Source: Macrostomum lignano (Eukaryota). From it: DNA of 64,000 nt. Made by a program: the position numbers and the translations under genes. Below, in pieces: positions 1 to 27,127 of this stretch. The stretch is taken from contig NIVC01000051.1 of assembly GCA_002269645.1 (NCBI GenBank), forward strand, positions 248,001 to 312,000, given 5' to 3'. Each line of letters begins with the position of its first letter. The first letter of the stretch is position 1. Under the pieces are notes generated by a model. The model was not told the origin of the DNA, searched no databases, and was given only the letters and a program-made list of their open reading frames with translations.

Positions 1-430
1 CTCCTCCTCTTCTCTTTTCCTCTCCTCTCCTCTCCTCTCCCTCCTCTCATCTCTTATCTATCCTCTCCTCTCATCTCCCTTCTCTCACCTCTTATCTATC
101 CTCTCCTCTCATCTCCCTCCTCTCACCTCTTATCTATCCTCTCCTCTCATCTCCCTCCTCTCACCTCTTATCTATCCTCTCCTTTCTCTCCTCCTCCTCT
201 TCTCTTCTCTCCTCTCTCCTCTTATCCTCTCGTCTCCTTTATTCTCTTTTTCTCTCCTCTCCTTTCCTTCCCTCTTCTCTCTCTCTTCTCTTCTCTCCTT
301 TATCTCCCTTAGGAGTTATCTCCCTTTTTCTCCTTTTCTCCATTTATCTCCTCTTTTTCTCTCCTCTTGTCTCGTCTCCTCTCCTCTCCTCTTGTCTCGT
401 CTCGTCTCCTCTCCTCTCATCTTATTTTCT
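1..430. repeat. CT-rich low-complexity/microsatellite tract
   Basis: Nearly pure pyrimidine tract on the + strand. Confidence 0.9.
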
Positions 431-507
431 CTATCTACTGGCCTTTCAGTCCTGAATTTGAGGTCCCTACTTGAGAAAAAGCACAAAGTTAATTTCGTAT
501 TACTGAC

Positions 508-14933
<14,426 letters not shown>

Positions 14934-16679
14934 TGTGACGAGGTGCTCCACTGCAATGTAGAAATTTTTTTTATTTTTTATTAAATCAAATCACAATATG
15001 GAATATGGAGCAGAGCTTTGGCTAAGCTAATTTTAGAAAATTGCAATTAACAAGTGCAATATTGGAATTCTCTGAGTAATGTGCAGGATAGTTCATCAAC
15101 TTCAAGTCAAGACATGCAATAAATGCTTGCTAAAATTGTGTGTATTTTTGCACAACAGAAATTAACACAAATAGGTGTATCAATAGGTGTATCAATGCAA
15201 CTTAAGTTAGAATACCCCACTGATAGTCACTAATAGTTTTCAAAAAGACAATGGTTTTTGAAAACATTTTTTTCTGTTTTTAAAACTTTTTCAAACAACC
15301 CAAGTCAAATCAATCTGAATAAAAATGATAGACAATAGTGCCAAGAGAGGCAAAAGTGCTTTACTGTGCTTTAGCTATAGAGAATACACAAAGATTTCAG
15401 CATCAGATTTACAGTAAATCTGGTGTTACTTTTATCTTTCCAGTTAGAGTAGATGCATTACATTTTAATCTAAAAAATCTAATGAAGTTTAAGTTTAACT
15501 TACTCTTTATTCAGTAGCCCTTTTAATGAAAGATAAATAAAAAATTTTTCATTCAAAGCTTTATGGAAAAAGAAAAGTAAGAAAAATAGATTATTTTGTT
15601 TGTTTATTGTGCATTGCATCTTCTGACTCAGAATAAACCTGACTTAGAAATAGGCCCACAGGTAAAAATGACAGCTGAGATTAGCATAAGGAAAATGCAT
15701 AAACCAAGAAAGCAAAGAGTTCAACTACTTTTAGGTTTTAAAAAAGTTACCTTAACAAAATTATGTTTAAAAAACTAAATTAAGTGTATTTAATTTATTA
15801 TATCAACAGTATCTGTATCAGTAAAACTGCTGATGTGCAACTGCAAGCCTGTACATACATATTATATTTTAAGTTATACTTATAGTTATCCCATATTACC
15901 ATATACTAAAATATGCATCTACGATCGAATAATAAACACAAAAATGAAATTTGTGTTACCAACCTAATATATTTAGGTGATACACAGAGCGACACAATTT
16001 TTTTAAATTAAGGTATCTGTACTCTCGTGCAGTTCCAAAACAGAAACTCGTGTTGCAAAGTTAGCGCTCTGAGAAATAAATGGAAAATCGTCACGAAGTT
16101 AAATTGTTGCCGTTGTATTGTCAAGCTTATTCTTGTCGTTTATCACGACACTATTTCGTGCATTGATTGGCTTGTTTAGGTGGCGGCAAAGAAGATAAGA
16201 AATATCTAGCAGCTAATTCTCTTCATTTTCTTTGCGAAAATCGCTAAATTTCAATGTTCGGTTCGTTGTTATCTTATTTGAGAGAATTTTTCATTTTGCA
16301 AAGCTCCGTCAAATGAAATATTAAAGTAATGTGTCGTGCGTAATATGCCTGCGACGCATCTATCCCATAGGCAAAATGTTAATCGCTCAATAAATAATTT
16401 TAGGACAATTTTTTTAATAGCTCATCGGTCAAATGTGCATGATGCTAGACCCCGAGGCCACCGCGGCGCTCTGGTCAGCAATAAACAACACTCCACAGAA
16501 ACCAAAGCCGCAGGCCAGCAGCTGTCAGCGATGCGGCCGGAGGCACGATCCGGACGCCAAGGCAAGCTAGCTGGGTGCATGAAGTGCAAACCGCGGCAAG
16601 CTCAATCACTTTAGTCAATGTTGCCGCTCGCAGCAAGGCTTTACAGATCAGGGCGGATGAGTCAGGTGCTCGTATACTA

Positions 16680-18031
16680 CAGGGCTGATCTCAATAAGTT
16701 TCGGATGTGCATAGTCGAGAGGCGGCTGACAAAATCTGACACCATAGGTGTCAAGTACATTATATAAATGTTTGTAAAGTTTCAGACGCACTAGTCATAT
16801 ATAGCCAGTGCAGCACCCAAACCAAGCTAGCATACCCACCCTTTCTATCAAATTCACAATGGAGCTCAATAGGAGTCATTTTTGAGCAATGATTATTACG
16901 ATTTTAAAAGTGGTTTGCGGCAGCAAGAAAGTTTTGAGCGATTGCGAGGAGCTTTTGGGGATGAAGCACCTTCTAGGTCGACCGTTTTTATGTTGACTGG
17001 TTTGCCTAATTTCGATGCGGCAGGCAGAGTCTGGATGATATGAGGAGCGCAGCGGCCGGCCTGTCTCCGCAACGACCAAGTATAATGTTGCTGCTGTCCG
17101 GGCCATGTTTGAGGCCACAGTGACTGTGGTCCAGATAGAGGCCGAGTTGGGCATCTCATCAGGATCCATCAGGACGATCCTGCATTCACAGCTCAACCTG
17201 AGCAAGATTTCTGCACGCCGGGTGCCTCATCAGCTGGCTCCGGAGCAGAAGGAGGCTCGGGTGACCTGGTGCCGCACCATGCTCGACAGATTCAACGGAA
17301 GGCAGCTCAAACTCGGTCTGGGATATTGTCAGTGGTGACGAGTCCTGGATCTATAGTTTCGACCCGGAGACTAAGCGCAGTCGGCCCAGTGGACTCCAGT
17401 TGGCGGCACCCAGGGACAACTAAAACTACGTACATGTAGTTTAAGTTGTCCCTGGCGGCACCCCATCGTCCAAGCTTCGGCGAGAGCGCAGCGTGGCGAA
17501 GCAGATAGTGGTCGTTTTTGTGGCAAAAACCGGTCATCTGGCCACGGTTCCACTCGTGCAGCAGCGCACAGTCACCGGTGACTGGTACGCCAACGTTTGC
17601 CTGCCAGAAGTGCTGAGCGCTCTCTCCAGGCGTCGCCCAAGGACTCGAGCTCGGGGCATCCTTCTCCATCACAACAACGCCCCGGCCCACAAGGCTCGAC
17701 AGGTGGCGGAGTTCCTGGCCGGAGAGCGCATTCAAGAGCTCGGTCATCCACCCTACAGCCCCGACCTGGCCCCCTGCGACTTTTTTGTTTCCACAAATCA
17801 AGTGCAGGATGCGTGGAATCCGCTATGGATCACTAAAGCTGCACTGGAGGCCTTCATCCGGCATGTGGAGGAGGTGCCTGCTTCAGATTGGTCCAGCTGC
17901 TTCAGCAAGTGATTTAAGCGCATGAAAATTTGCATCGAATCTGCTGAAGAGTACTTTGAAAAGATGTAAGTGTTTTTTCTCTCTAACTATTTCTGTCTGG
18001 GCACATCCGGAAACTTATTGCTCAGCCCTCG
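16680..18031 (+). mobile_element. Mariner (Tc1/mariner, DD34D-type) transposon, inactive, about 1.35 kb
   Basis: Imperfect TIRs of about 30 bp (C-AGGGCTGATCTCAATAAGTTT-CGGATGTGC / GCACATCCGGAAACTTATTGCTCAGCCCTCG) flanked by TA at 16678-79 and 18032-33. Confidence 0.92.
16859..17969 (+). pseudogene. Mariner transposase pseudogene
   Basis: Recognisable pieces MELNRSHF*, GDEAPSRSTV, RSGRP, RVPHQL, SGDESWIY, LHHNNAPAH (second catalytic D replaced by N), HPPYSPDLAPCDF, EYFEKM*; several stops and frameshifts. Confidence 0.9.
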
Positions 18032-19505
18032 TAAGGGCACTGATAAAATCCGAGCGGAGTTGACAGCTCCAACAGGTTACATGTAAATTTTGAAAAATTA
18101 CCATGGAAATTATAGTTTTACTTCCTGGTGGGAGAAACCGGCAAAGAGGCTAATTTCCTGCATTTTGTCACGCATCAAACCCCAGCTGGCAAGCAATGCA
18201 AGATGCGCACCGTCTACAATTATTACCAAGGCTTATTGGTTTCTGAGCAAGGGTACTGAAGGGAAGAGAATTAGATAGTACATCTAGCTAAACCTAAATT
18301 AAGGTTCTTTCAAAGACACCCAACAGCTGACGGCAGCAGCGACTTACGTGCATCGCGCCCCAATTGCTTTTGTCTTTACGCCTCAGGCTTTCCTACTGCA
18401 GCTTATCCTAGCTAATTCTAGCTACAAGCTCTCAAAGACAAAAGCTAAAGGAAGACTTTCTGCGGTAAAGAAAGGAATAAGAACAACTGCTTGAATATTA
18501 AGAAGCGGTAAAGAAGTTATACTGTGCTAAGCTGCTTCAGAAGGTTTCGCTGATCTACACTAAAGGTATTGCTACATGTATTCTGTTTGGGATCTGGCAG
18601 CTATGTAAGCCAGGTAGTTTGCCCTTTAAAATAATTTGTGTTACGACCATTATGCTTCGCACTCCGCTTGACAGCTAGGTCATGTGTTATTGTCAAATAT
18701 TAATATGAAGCTTATGCTGTCACCCAAAACTGTTAGTGCTTTAGTCTTCGAGTAAATACATGTATTTATTCTATATTAATCCAAAGGCTTAATTAGTGCT
18801 GCTAGGCGACTTGGGGTATATTGCCCAAAAAGGAGTAAATCTAAGACTTTTTGCCAAGTTTTTACTTCTGAAACATTCTGAAACATGAAACATTCAAACA
18901 GAAGTTTTGCACATTATGTGTTATACGTAATAAATTCGTTTAGTTTTTTACAATTGACAAAATATGGACAAAAATTAACAATTATTCATTAATTTAAGCC
19001 CACCATTGAAGTGAAAAAGAATTGCCACATGTCCCTATAGATAGAGATAAAATTTCGTCAATGATAAGGTTCACGTTGGCAGGAATGCTGTTGCACTGTA
19101 ATTGAGCTTGAACGTCAGCGATCGAGGCAATTTGATCTTGAGAGCCAGAAACTCGGCGGCCGCATTTTACAATCGCTCTTGCTCGCTCTGGTGCCTCTGC
19201 TCCGCTGTGGCATTCTCTGTTCGCGATCGCACTGCTACTGGTTGCAGTCTTTCAGGTAGTTGGTTGAACAGCATCTTTTTTCAGCCTCCGCTTGCTCAGA
19301 GTCTCGCTGCTCATCTTGCGCTTTCGTCGAGGATTCGAGTCCTGAGAAACAGTCACAAAGTCGCTGTCAAAAAAAAGTGCAGGGAACATAACCGTGACTC
19401 TTTAGTAGGACAATGTCTTCTCTTCCAAACCGTCGCAGCCATTTTTGCAAAAGAGTTTCCCTGTCTAAAGGAAATTCGTGGAATAAAATTTTCGCAGTGG
19501 GCTCG

Positions 19506-19965
19506 GCAGAAGTCTCGGTAGAAGTCTCGGTAGAAGTCTCGGTAGAAGTCTCGGTAGAAGTCTCGGTAGAAGTCTCGGTAGAAGTCTCGGTAGAAGTCTC
19601 GGTAGAAGTCTCGGTAGAAGTCTCGGTAGAAGTCTCGGTAGAAGTCTCGGTAGAAGTCTCGGTAGAAGTCTCGGTAGAAGTCTCGGTAGAAGTTCGGTAG
19701 AAGTCTCGGTAGAAGTCTCGGTAGAAGTCTCGGTAGAAGTCTCGGTAGAAGTCTCGGTAGAAGTCTCGGCAGAAGTCTCGGTAGAAGTCTCGGTAGAAGT
19801 CTCGGTAGAAGTCTCGGCAGAAGTCTCGGTAGAAGTCTCGGTAGAAGTCTCGGTAGAAGTCTCGGTAGAAGTCTCGGTAGAAGTCTCGGTAGAAGTCTCG
19901 GTAGAAGTCTCGGTAGAAGTCTCGGTAGAAGTCTCGGTAGAAGTCTCGATAGAAGTCTCGATAGA
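19506..19965. repeat. 12-bp tandem repeat (AGAAGTCTCGGT), about 38 copies
   Basis: Highly homogeneous, with a single 2-nt deletion near 19693. Confidence 0.96.
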
Positions 19966-20291
19966 AGTGTTGACGATATTATAGCAGGCCGTTTAGAAAC
20001 CATACAAGGGATCTTATACAAAAAGATAGAGCCCCAAGCACACAAAATAACTGTTCCTGGCTAAAGAGAGCATAAAAACCCAAAGGCCATTGTCTGTGCA
20101 TTTCTGCCCCCCCCCCCCGAAAAAAAAGATCTGGGAAGAGGGATGGATATGCACATAAATGAACATGGCGCGCAGTAGTGGGGGGAAGTGAGTCAAGTGA
20201 CAATTTTAATGAGCGGTTCTCAGCCAACAAAGACAGCCCCAACCCTTAAGAAGTTGTAACAAAAGATGCTATATAGAGAAGTCCTTGCCAC

Positions 20292-20452
20292 ACCCCAGCT
20301 AATGCTGGCACCCATTTTACAGCTGGGTGAACTGAAGCAGAGCAGAGTTAAATGTCTTGCTCAAAGACACAACTTGTTCCAGTGGGATCGGGAATCGAAC
20401 CCCCGACCTTCAAGTCGTGAGTCCGAAGCTCCAACCACTAGGGTACAGCCCC
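20292..20452 (-). mobile_element. Second, 3'-truncated copy of the same tRNA/CORE-like SINE
   Basis: The reverse complement aligns by eye with 5420-5580 (tRNA head, B box, CORE segment up to AGCATTAGCTGGGG). Confidence 0.8.
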
Positions 20453-21115
20453 TGTCCAACTATACTAGAAGGAAATCATGAAAATGAGCATTGAAATTGT
20501 CGTATTTAGGGCTTGATCTCCCTTTGAAAGTGCCTGGACGTAAAAGAACTAAACCGCTAATATAGCCACCTAGCCCTGGGTGTAGCTACCTGGTATTTGC
20601 GCTTCAGCGAAATATTGTTTATTGAAATAGTTTATTAATGCTGAAGTATTGGTTGTCTCTGGGTTGTCTCGAGGTGGCCTGGCAGGTCTTTGTATCCCAC
20701 CGCTGCCACCAGTGAAGTACTTCTCCTTCTCGGGTTCTCGAAGATGTTCCTGAAAATGGAACCCGCTGCTCCTGAAGAAGCTAGATAGCACCGCAGTACT
20801 ACCTATCGATTTGCCTGAAAATGAACCTAAAACGTGCCGTTACTTGGTAGGGTTGCTGCCACCTTGGTGTGCGGACTCGACGCGTCGGCAGAGTTGTCTA
20901 TCCGTCACCTGAAAGAAAATTAACAAAGTCGCTCGGAGCAAAGGCAAATCTAAAAATGTCTCGACAGTCGATCGCCTTAGTTGAATGCTGCTCGAACCTG
21001 TAACCTGTAAAACCTGAAATGAGAGAGGAGAGCTCGGAGGCAGAGGCTTCGCGAGTTAGCCACAGTGCTCCGCGAGACGACGCAGTCTGGAGAAAAATGG
21101 CTCGCAGATGCTCCG

Positions 21116-21123
21116 TATTTATA
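21116..21123 (-). promoter_or_regulatory. TATA box (TATAAATA) oriented toward the villin-like gene
   Basis: Perfect TATAAATA on the minus strand, immediately downstream of a motif cluster; a candidate non-coding first exon runs from about 21090 to the gtaacg donor at 20843. Confidence 0.55.
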
Positions 21124-21144
21124 GCCGAGCGGACCCCCAAAAGT

Positions 21145-21478
21145 CACGTGAGTTTCATGCGGTGAGCGCGTGAAACTTCCTTATTTGGGCATTGGAATCA
21201 TGCGGGCGACGCGTGATCCAAGGCCAACTTCCAAATAAGGCAACCCTGTCACGCAGCAGTGGCGTGACTCAAGGTCAGCGGCCACGCACAGAGTGCGTGC
21301 ACAGTCACGTGCTTAGTCTGTGCTAAAAATAGAAACGTGGGCGGATGAGTCATCCTGTTTACTCCCTCTAGGCAGCCCTTACACTCCGCGCAGGTGATGA
21401 GTCATCCTGCTACGCCTCCTCAGCGCGAGTGGGAAGACATTGAGTGTGGCTGCCCGCGCCCGCTCAGGCGATGAGTCA
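21145..21478. promoter_or_regulatory. Cis-regulatory module: 2 CArG boxes, MEF2 site, 2 GTCACGTG E-boxes, 4 AP-1 sites
   Basis: CCTTATTTGG 21179-88 and CCAAATAAGG 21231-40; CTAAAAATAG 21323-32; CACGTG 21145-50 and 21306-11; TGACTCA 21265-71; TGAGTCA 21346-52, 21398-404 and 21472-78. Confidence 0.65.
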
Positions 21479-22029
21479 TCGGGCAGTAAACACTTAGGCC
21501 CAGCACAGGGTAACTCTCTCACCAGATCAGGTGGACTGAGCCACTGTGCAGCGGATCACAGCGCCCTTAGGGAAAGCTAGTGAATGCTGCTGAATAGCCA
21601 GTTAGCAGCCAGTCACTACAATGCTAAAATTCCAGTGCAAATGAGACTAAATGCTCATTAACAGATTAAAACTCGAAAGTTCCACAGCACATCGCATAGG
21701 TATAGGCCAGTTTAAAAAAATTTTCAAGAGCATTGCACACCAGATAGTCTAGAAAATTGCACAGAGCATTGAATTGCACTGAATTGCTGAGATGCCAAGA
21801 CTCACGCCTCACGTCGGAATGGCTGTGATGCTGATATCTTAGGTTAAAAATTTGGCTTTCAGGCTTTGGGGTACTATTTTGCCAATTGATACCCCGAAAT
21901 GGGGTATTTTAAGGCTCAGCCCAACTCTCAGTCCTAGGATATACCGCTAGGATTTTCGAGATCCATTGGCTGTCGCGAGTAAGTGTTATTCGCTAGCTGG
22001 TTCGGAATCCAAAATCAATTCAGTTTTGA

Positions 22030-22550
22030 TTTTGATTTTGTTTTGATGCAGCGCTCAACGATGGAGCAACTCGTGAAGATTCAGCTGTTAGTCTTCTCAA
22101 GCGAGTACGTGACGTCAATTGAGTTTTTTCTCATGCTGCATCATTTGATGGATGTACTCGTGCCTCTTGAGGTGCTTTGCAAGCAGTTGCAGGTACGGGA
22201 ATGTTCATCCACTGGATGCATTCCACTTAACCACTCTTACCGAGATGTACCTGTGCGATGGCGTCGTTGGAGGGAAAAGCTATCAACAGATTGTCTCGGA
22301 GTTTGCCAAGGGAGGCCTGGAGGAACGGAGCAGTCTCATTCGAGACGATGACGCGCTGAATGCTTTTGGTGCAGTCAGGGCTGCGGGAAGATGTTCTTCA
22401 GCTTGTCTCAAAGATCTGTCAGAGTCTACTAGACAGAACTGATACAAATAACACTGTTATTTGCGCTTCTAGAATTTTCAAGCCAGAAATCTGCCGTGAC
22501 ATGGTGCCAAAGAATCTGCCCGCATGTGGTGATGAGCAGCTGAACCAAAG
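22030..22550 (+). pseudogene. Probable degraded hAT-family (ZNF862-like) transposase fragment
   Basis: FFLMLHHLMDVLVPLEVLCKQLQ and ASRIFKPE..LPACGDEQL resemble C-terminal hAT transposase segments (recalled from memory); frameshifted, no TIRs found. Confidence 0.4.
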
Positions 22551-22551
22551 T

Positions 22552-23122
22552 AGGGTGGAGGAAGGCTGGGAGGGGATAGAAAAACTAAGTAACCAGAGAG
22601 GGGTGGGGGGAGGCAGGAAGGGGGGGGGTAGAAAAACTTGCCAAGAGTGAGTGGGGAAGGCAGGAAGGGGTAGAAAAACTTGCCAAGAGTGGGTGGGGAA
22701 GGGAAGAAGGGGGTAGAAAAACTAGCCAAGAGTGGGCTGGGGGGAAGCTGGGAGGGGATAGAAAATCCAATAACCAGAGAGGGGTGGGGGAAGGCAGGAA
22801 GGGGGTAGAAAAACTTGCCAAGAGTGGGCTGGGGGGAGGCTTGGAGGGGATAGAAAATCGAATAACCAGAGAGGGGTGGGGGAAGGCAGGAAGGGGGTAG
22901 AAAAACTAGCCAAGAGTGGGTGGGGAAGGCAGGAAGGGGTAGAAAAACTTGCCAAGAGTGGGTGGGGAAGGGAAGAAGGGGGTAGAAAAACTAGCCAAGA
23001 GTGGGGTGGGGGAGGCTGGGAGGGGGTAGAAAAACTTGCCAAGAGTGGGGTGGGGGAGGCTGGGAGGGGTAGAAAAACTTGCCAAGAGTGGGGTGGGGGA
23101 GAGGCTGGGAGGGGGGGGGGGT
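22552..23122. repeat. G-rich minisatellite, about 43-45 bp (GGGTAGAAAAACTAGCCAAGAGTGGGTGGGGAAGGCAGGAAGG)
   Basis: Direct inspection; multiple G-runs per unit. Confidence 0.9.
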
Positions 23123-24149
23123 AGAAAACCCCAATAAATCCCCTAGCCAATCAGACGTTCGGAGAGCCTAGTCCCACTAGTCCAGTCAAACTGACTATTG
23201 TCCTACGCGAGGTGCTAGACTGTCAGCGCTAGGGAATAAACAGCTGTATGTTAAAAAAATAAACGAAACCTAAAGAAAAATACGACATAAACGGGAGAAG
23301 AACATGGGGTCCGCGAAATAGAGACTACGTGTAAAACATAGGCTCGATATCACTAACTTCAAAAGCTTGATAGTTCAGAAAGACAAAAAGATTCCAGCAG
23401 AAAGAGAACTAATAAAAACAACTACTACTACTAACTACTACTACTACTATAAACTACTACTTTCAGAGATTGTGAAGTAATTCGAGCTTGTAAATTTCAG
23501 TTTTATTTAAAACGAGACTTTACTTGTCAAAATCCAACGTTCTAGATAAATATGTTACTTAGGAATTACTGATGTTAGTCACTTTTTCACAATGTACAAC
23601 TGAAAAGTCCGGAGCTAATCTTGCATAAGTTTAAGCGCACATGTACAAGCGTTGTTTACCAGACCAATACTGCGCAATCGCTGGTCGCTGGCAGTAGCAG
23701 AATGTATCAATGTGTAAGCGGCTGCTTAAAAATATACAAATGGCATGTAGAACTATTGAACCTTCAGCCGTGGTTGCTTCAATTACCAATGTATCCAATA
23801 TACACAGGCTCCAGCTCCATTATTAGTAGTTTGCGCGTCCGAGAGAGAGAGAGGCAGACGGGAGAGGCACAGGAATTTCATGCTAACCTTTATAATTTAT
23901 GAAACACATGTCTCCGAGCGCACAAATATTTTAGCGCTCGAGCAGTTCACCAATCAGTGCTTGTTAGCAGAAATTTTTTGAATCGAGAGGCATTTGTTAA
24001 AATCAACTGATCTTTTCCTAATTTCTAAGCAAAAATATTCTATTTTGCGGAGAAATGCTTGGTAAGTTTTGTAGCTTTTCTTTCTTAATTGTGCAGATCA
24101 GCATCCATTCTCAAGGCTTCCTTCTTCTCTTGGCCAGTAGATCTAAACT

Positions 24150-24631
24150 CTATCTCACCCCTCTTATCTCACCCCTCTTATCTCACCCCTCTTATCTCCC
24201 CTATTATCTCACCCCTCTTATCTCACCCCTCTTATCTCCCCTATTATCTCACCCCTCTTATCTCACCCCTCTTATCTCACCCCTCTTATCTCACCCCTCT
24301 TATCTCACCCCTCTTATCTCACCCCTCTTATCTCACCCCTCTTATCTCACCCCTCTTATCTCACCCCTCTTATCTCACCCCTCTTATCTCCCCTATTATC
24401 TCACCCCTCTTATCTCACCCCTCTTATCTCACCCCTCTTATCTCACCCCTCTTATCTCACCCCTCTTATCTCACCCCTCTTATCTCACCCCTCTTATCTC
24501 ACCCCTCTTATCTCCCTTATTATCTCACCCCTCTTATCTCACCCCTCTTATCTCACCCCTCTTATCTCACCCCTCTTATCTCACCCCTCTTATCTCACCC
24601 CTCTTATCTCACCCCTCTTATCTCACCCCTA
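24150..24631. repeat. 14-bp tandem repeat (TCTCACCCCTCTTA)
   Basis: Direct inspection. Confidence 0.95.
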
Positions 24632-25161
24632 TTATTAGTTAACATACGGACCCGTACATGAAAATATTGTATTTACTAAATCCATGTACTCATACTAACA
24701 ATCCAAATCTACTAAATCTCTAAGGTTTGTATGTTTGAATGAATGTCTAGAGATCGCAATTCTTGACCAACCCTATATACTAAAAATGAAATACTTACTA
24801 TTTTTTGTAAATAGCAAATGGTTTCAGCGTGCAAATATTCTTTAAAGCCAAAAAGTAAAAGCAGCACTGCAGATTAAATCACAAAAGTTGGTAGCCAAAA
24901 TTTTTGCAGAATATGCGCTTAAATTGTAATAACTTTGCAGGCCTTCCGCCATAAAACATTCGGTTCGATAAATCTTGAAGTAAGAGCTTTTAATGTGCTT
25001 TGCTGTAGGCAGTGTGGGTACTGCGCACAGCAGGGTAGTGTACAGGTCACGTTTAGTTTTCACCTTACTTCACCCCTCACTCTGCGCAGCAAAATTATAT
25101 TTTTACCTTGAATAATAGATAAAGATAAAAAATTACCCCTGATTTGCAGTGTAACTGTCCG

Positions 25162-26395
25162 CTGTCAGTCCCAACAGCTCCCCTGATCCTTCAGCTGTCA
25201 GTCCCAACAGCTCCCCTGATCCTTCAGCTGTCAGTCCCAACAGCTCCCCTGATCCCCCAGCTGTCAGTCCCAACAGCTCCCCTGATCCCCCAGCTGTCAG
25301 TCCCAACAGCTCCCCTGATCCCCCAGCTGTCAGTCCCAACAGCTCCCCTGATCCTTCAGCTGTCAGTCCCAACAGCTCCCCTGATCCTTCAGCTGTCAGT
25401 CCCAACAGCTCCCCTGATCCTTCAGCTGTCAGTCCCAACAGCTCCCCTGATCCCCCAGCTGTCAGTCCCAACAGCTCCCCTGATCCCCCAGCTGTCAGTC
25501 CCAACAGCTCCCCTGATCCCCCAGCTGTCAGTCCCAACAGCTCCCCTGATCCTTCAGCTGTCAGTCCCAACAGCTCCCCTGATCCCCCAGCTGTCAGTCC
25601 CAACAGCTCCCCTGATCCCCCAGCTGTCAGTCCCAACAGCTCCCCTGATCCTTCAGCTGTCAGTCCCAACAGCTCCCCTAATTCCCTAGCTGTCAGTCCC
25701 AACAGCTCCCCTGATCCCCCAGCTGTCAGTCCCAACAGCTCCCCTAATTCCCTAGCTGTCAGTCCCAACAGCTCCCCTGATCCCCCAGCTGTCAGTCCCA
25801 ACAGCTCCCCTGATCCCACAGCTGTCAGTCCCAACAGCTCCCCTAATTCCCTAGCTGTCAGTCCCAACAGCTCCCCTGATCCTCCAGCTGTCAGTCCCAA
25901 CAGCTCCCCTGATCCCACAGCTGTCAGTCCCAACAGCTCCCCTGATCCTTCAGCTGTCAGTCCCAACAGCTCCCCTGATCCCCCAGCTGTCAGTCCCAAC
26001 AGCTCCCCTGATCCTTCAGCTGTCAGTCCCAACAGCTCCCCTGATCCTTCAGCTGTCAGTCCCAACAGCTCCCCTGATCCCCCAGCTGTCAGTCCCAACA
26101 GCTCCCCTGATCCCCCAGCTGTCAGTCCCAACAGCTCCCCTGATCCCCAGCTGTCAGTCCCAACAGCTCCCCTGATCCTTCAGCTGTCAGTCCCAACAGC
26201 TCCCCTGATCCTTCAGCTGTCAGTCCCAACAGCTCCCCTGATCCTTCAGCTGTCAGTCCCAACAGCTCCCCTGATCCTTCAGCTGTCAGTCCCAACAGCT
26301 CCCCTGATCCCCCAGCTGTCAGTCCCAACAGCTCCCCTGATCCCCCAGCTGTCAGCCCCAACAGCTCCCCTGATCCTTCAGCTGTCAGTCTCAAC
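25162..26395. repeat. 33-bp minisatellite (CAGCTGTCAGTCCCAACAGCTCCCCTGATCCTT), about 37 copies
   Basis: 11-aa periodic ORFs in the track. Confidence 0.96.
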
Positions 26396-27127
26396 ACCGG
26401 GTGAAGTGTTCAAAAGGTTTACTAAAACAATTTCACAGTTTATTAATACGAATGCCACTTGGAAAATAACAAGGAGTATATTTTCTAATATTAATATGCA
26501 TATTCCTTAGTACATCTGTTATGAACACACTGATGTTGCAATGATACAGTTCTCATACGGTACGGATAGGGCATGCGGATGGAGCATCAAGTTAATATCT
26601 CAGCACTATTATTTAACAAATCAATCGTTCCGTTGCAGACCTGGTGTGACACATATCTGAACAGCGTGAAAGTTAATCTTTCAAGTATGGGAAACCAATG
26701 AGTAAAAGCTAGCAGTCAAGCAAATAATTGTTGATAGTTATAGCAAACCTCTTTAAATCCTCTCATTTTGACAATAATTTACATATGCCAGCATGTTAAA
26801 ATTTCTCACTTCAACAAAACTGAGGGCGCTTGAAATTCAAATGAAAGAATATCGACTGGGGTTATGCAAGGTAAGACAAGGAAAAATAAGTTTCAATTTT
26901 TAAAAACATTTTCTGACATTCGCAACAATGTGGATTAACAAAGACTACACGGGTTGCCACCCTGCACTGCAGTTCAATATAATGTGCGATTTTCTTTACC
27001 TGCAAAAATAGCAAAACTGCACGATAAGGAAACCGAATAGAAAACAATAAACAAACTAACTAAAATTGCAGGTGGTTGGTATCTATGTTTAAAAACAGAT
27101 TTAGCAATACGTTAAACATAAGTGTTT

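Noticed and set aside
19090-19350. GC-richer segment with coding-like minus-strand fragments (EQRHQSEQERL*NAAAEFLALK)
   Set aside because: Contains stops and no motif I can name; possibly a TE relic but unsupported.
24040-24070. Strong + strand donor (TTG|GTAAGT), a possible non-coding first exon of the SMS gene
   Set aside because: An isolated donor; no promoter or acceptor pairing can be shown without RNA data.
25133-26397. 332-aa GELLGLTAEGS repeat ORF, and other periodic ORFs at 1.3-2.3, 4.4-5.0, 9.2-9.8, 19.4-20.0, 24.1-24.6, 27.1-27.7, 33.6-34.2 and 63.1-63.8 kb
   Set aside because: Stop-free frames produced by tandem repeats in introns or intergenic DNA.
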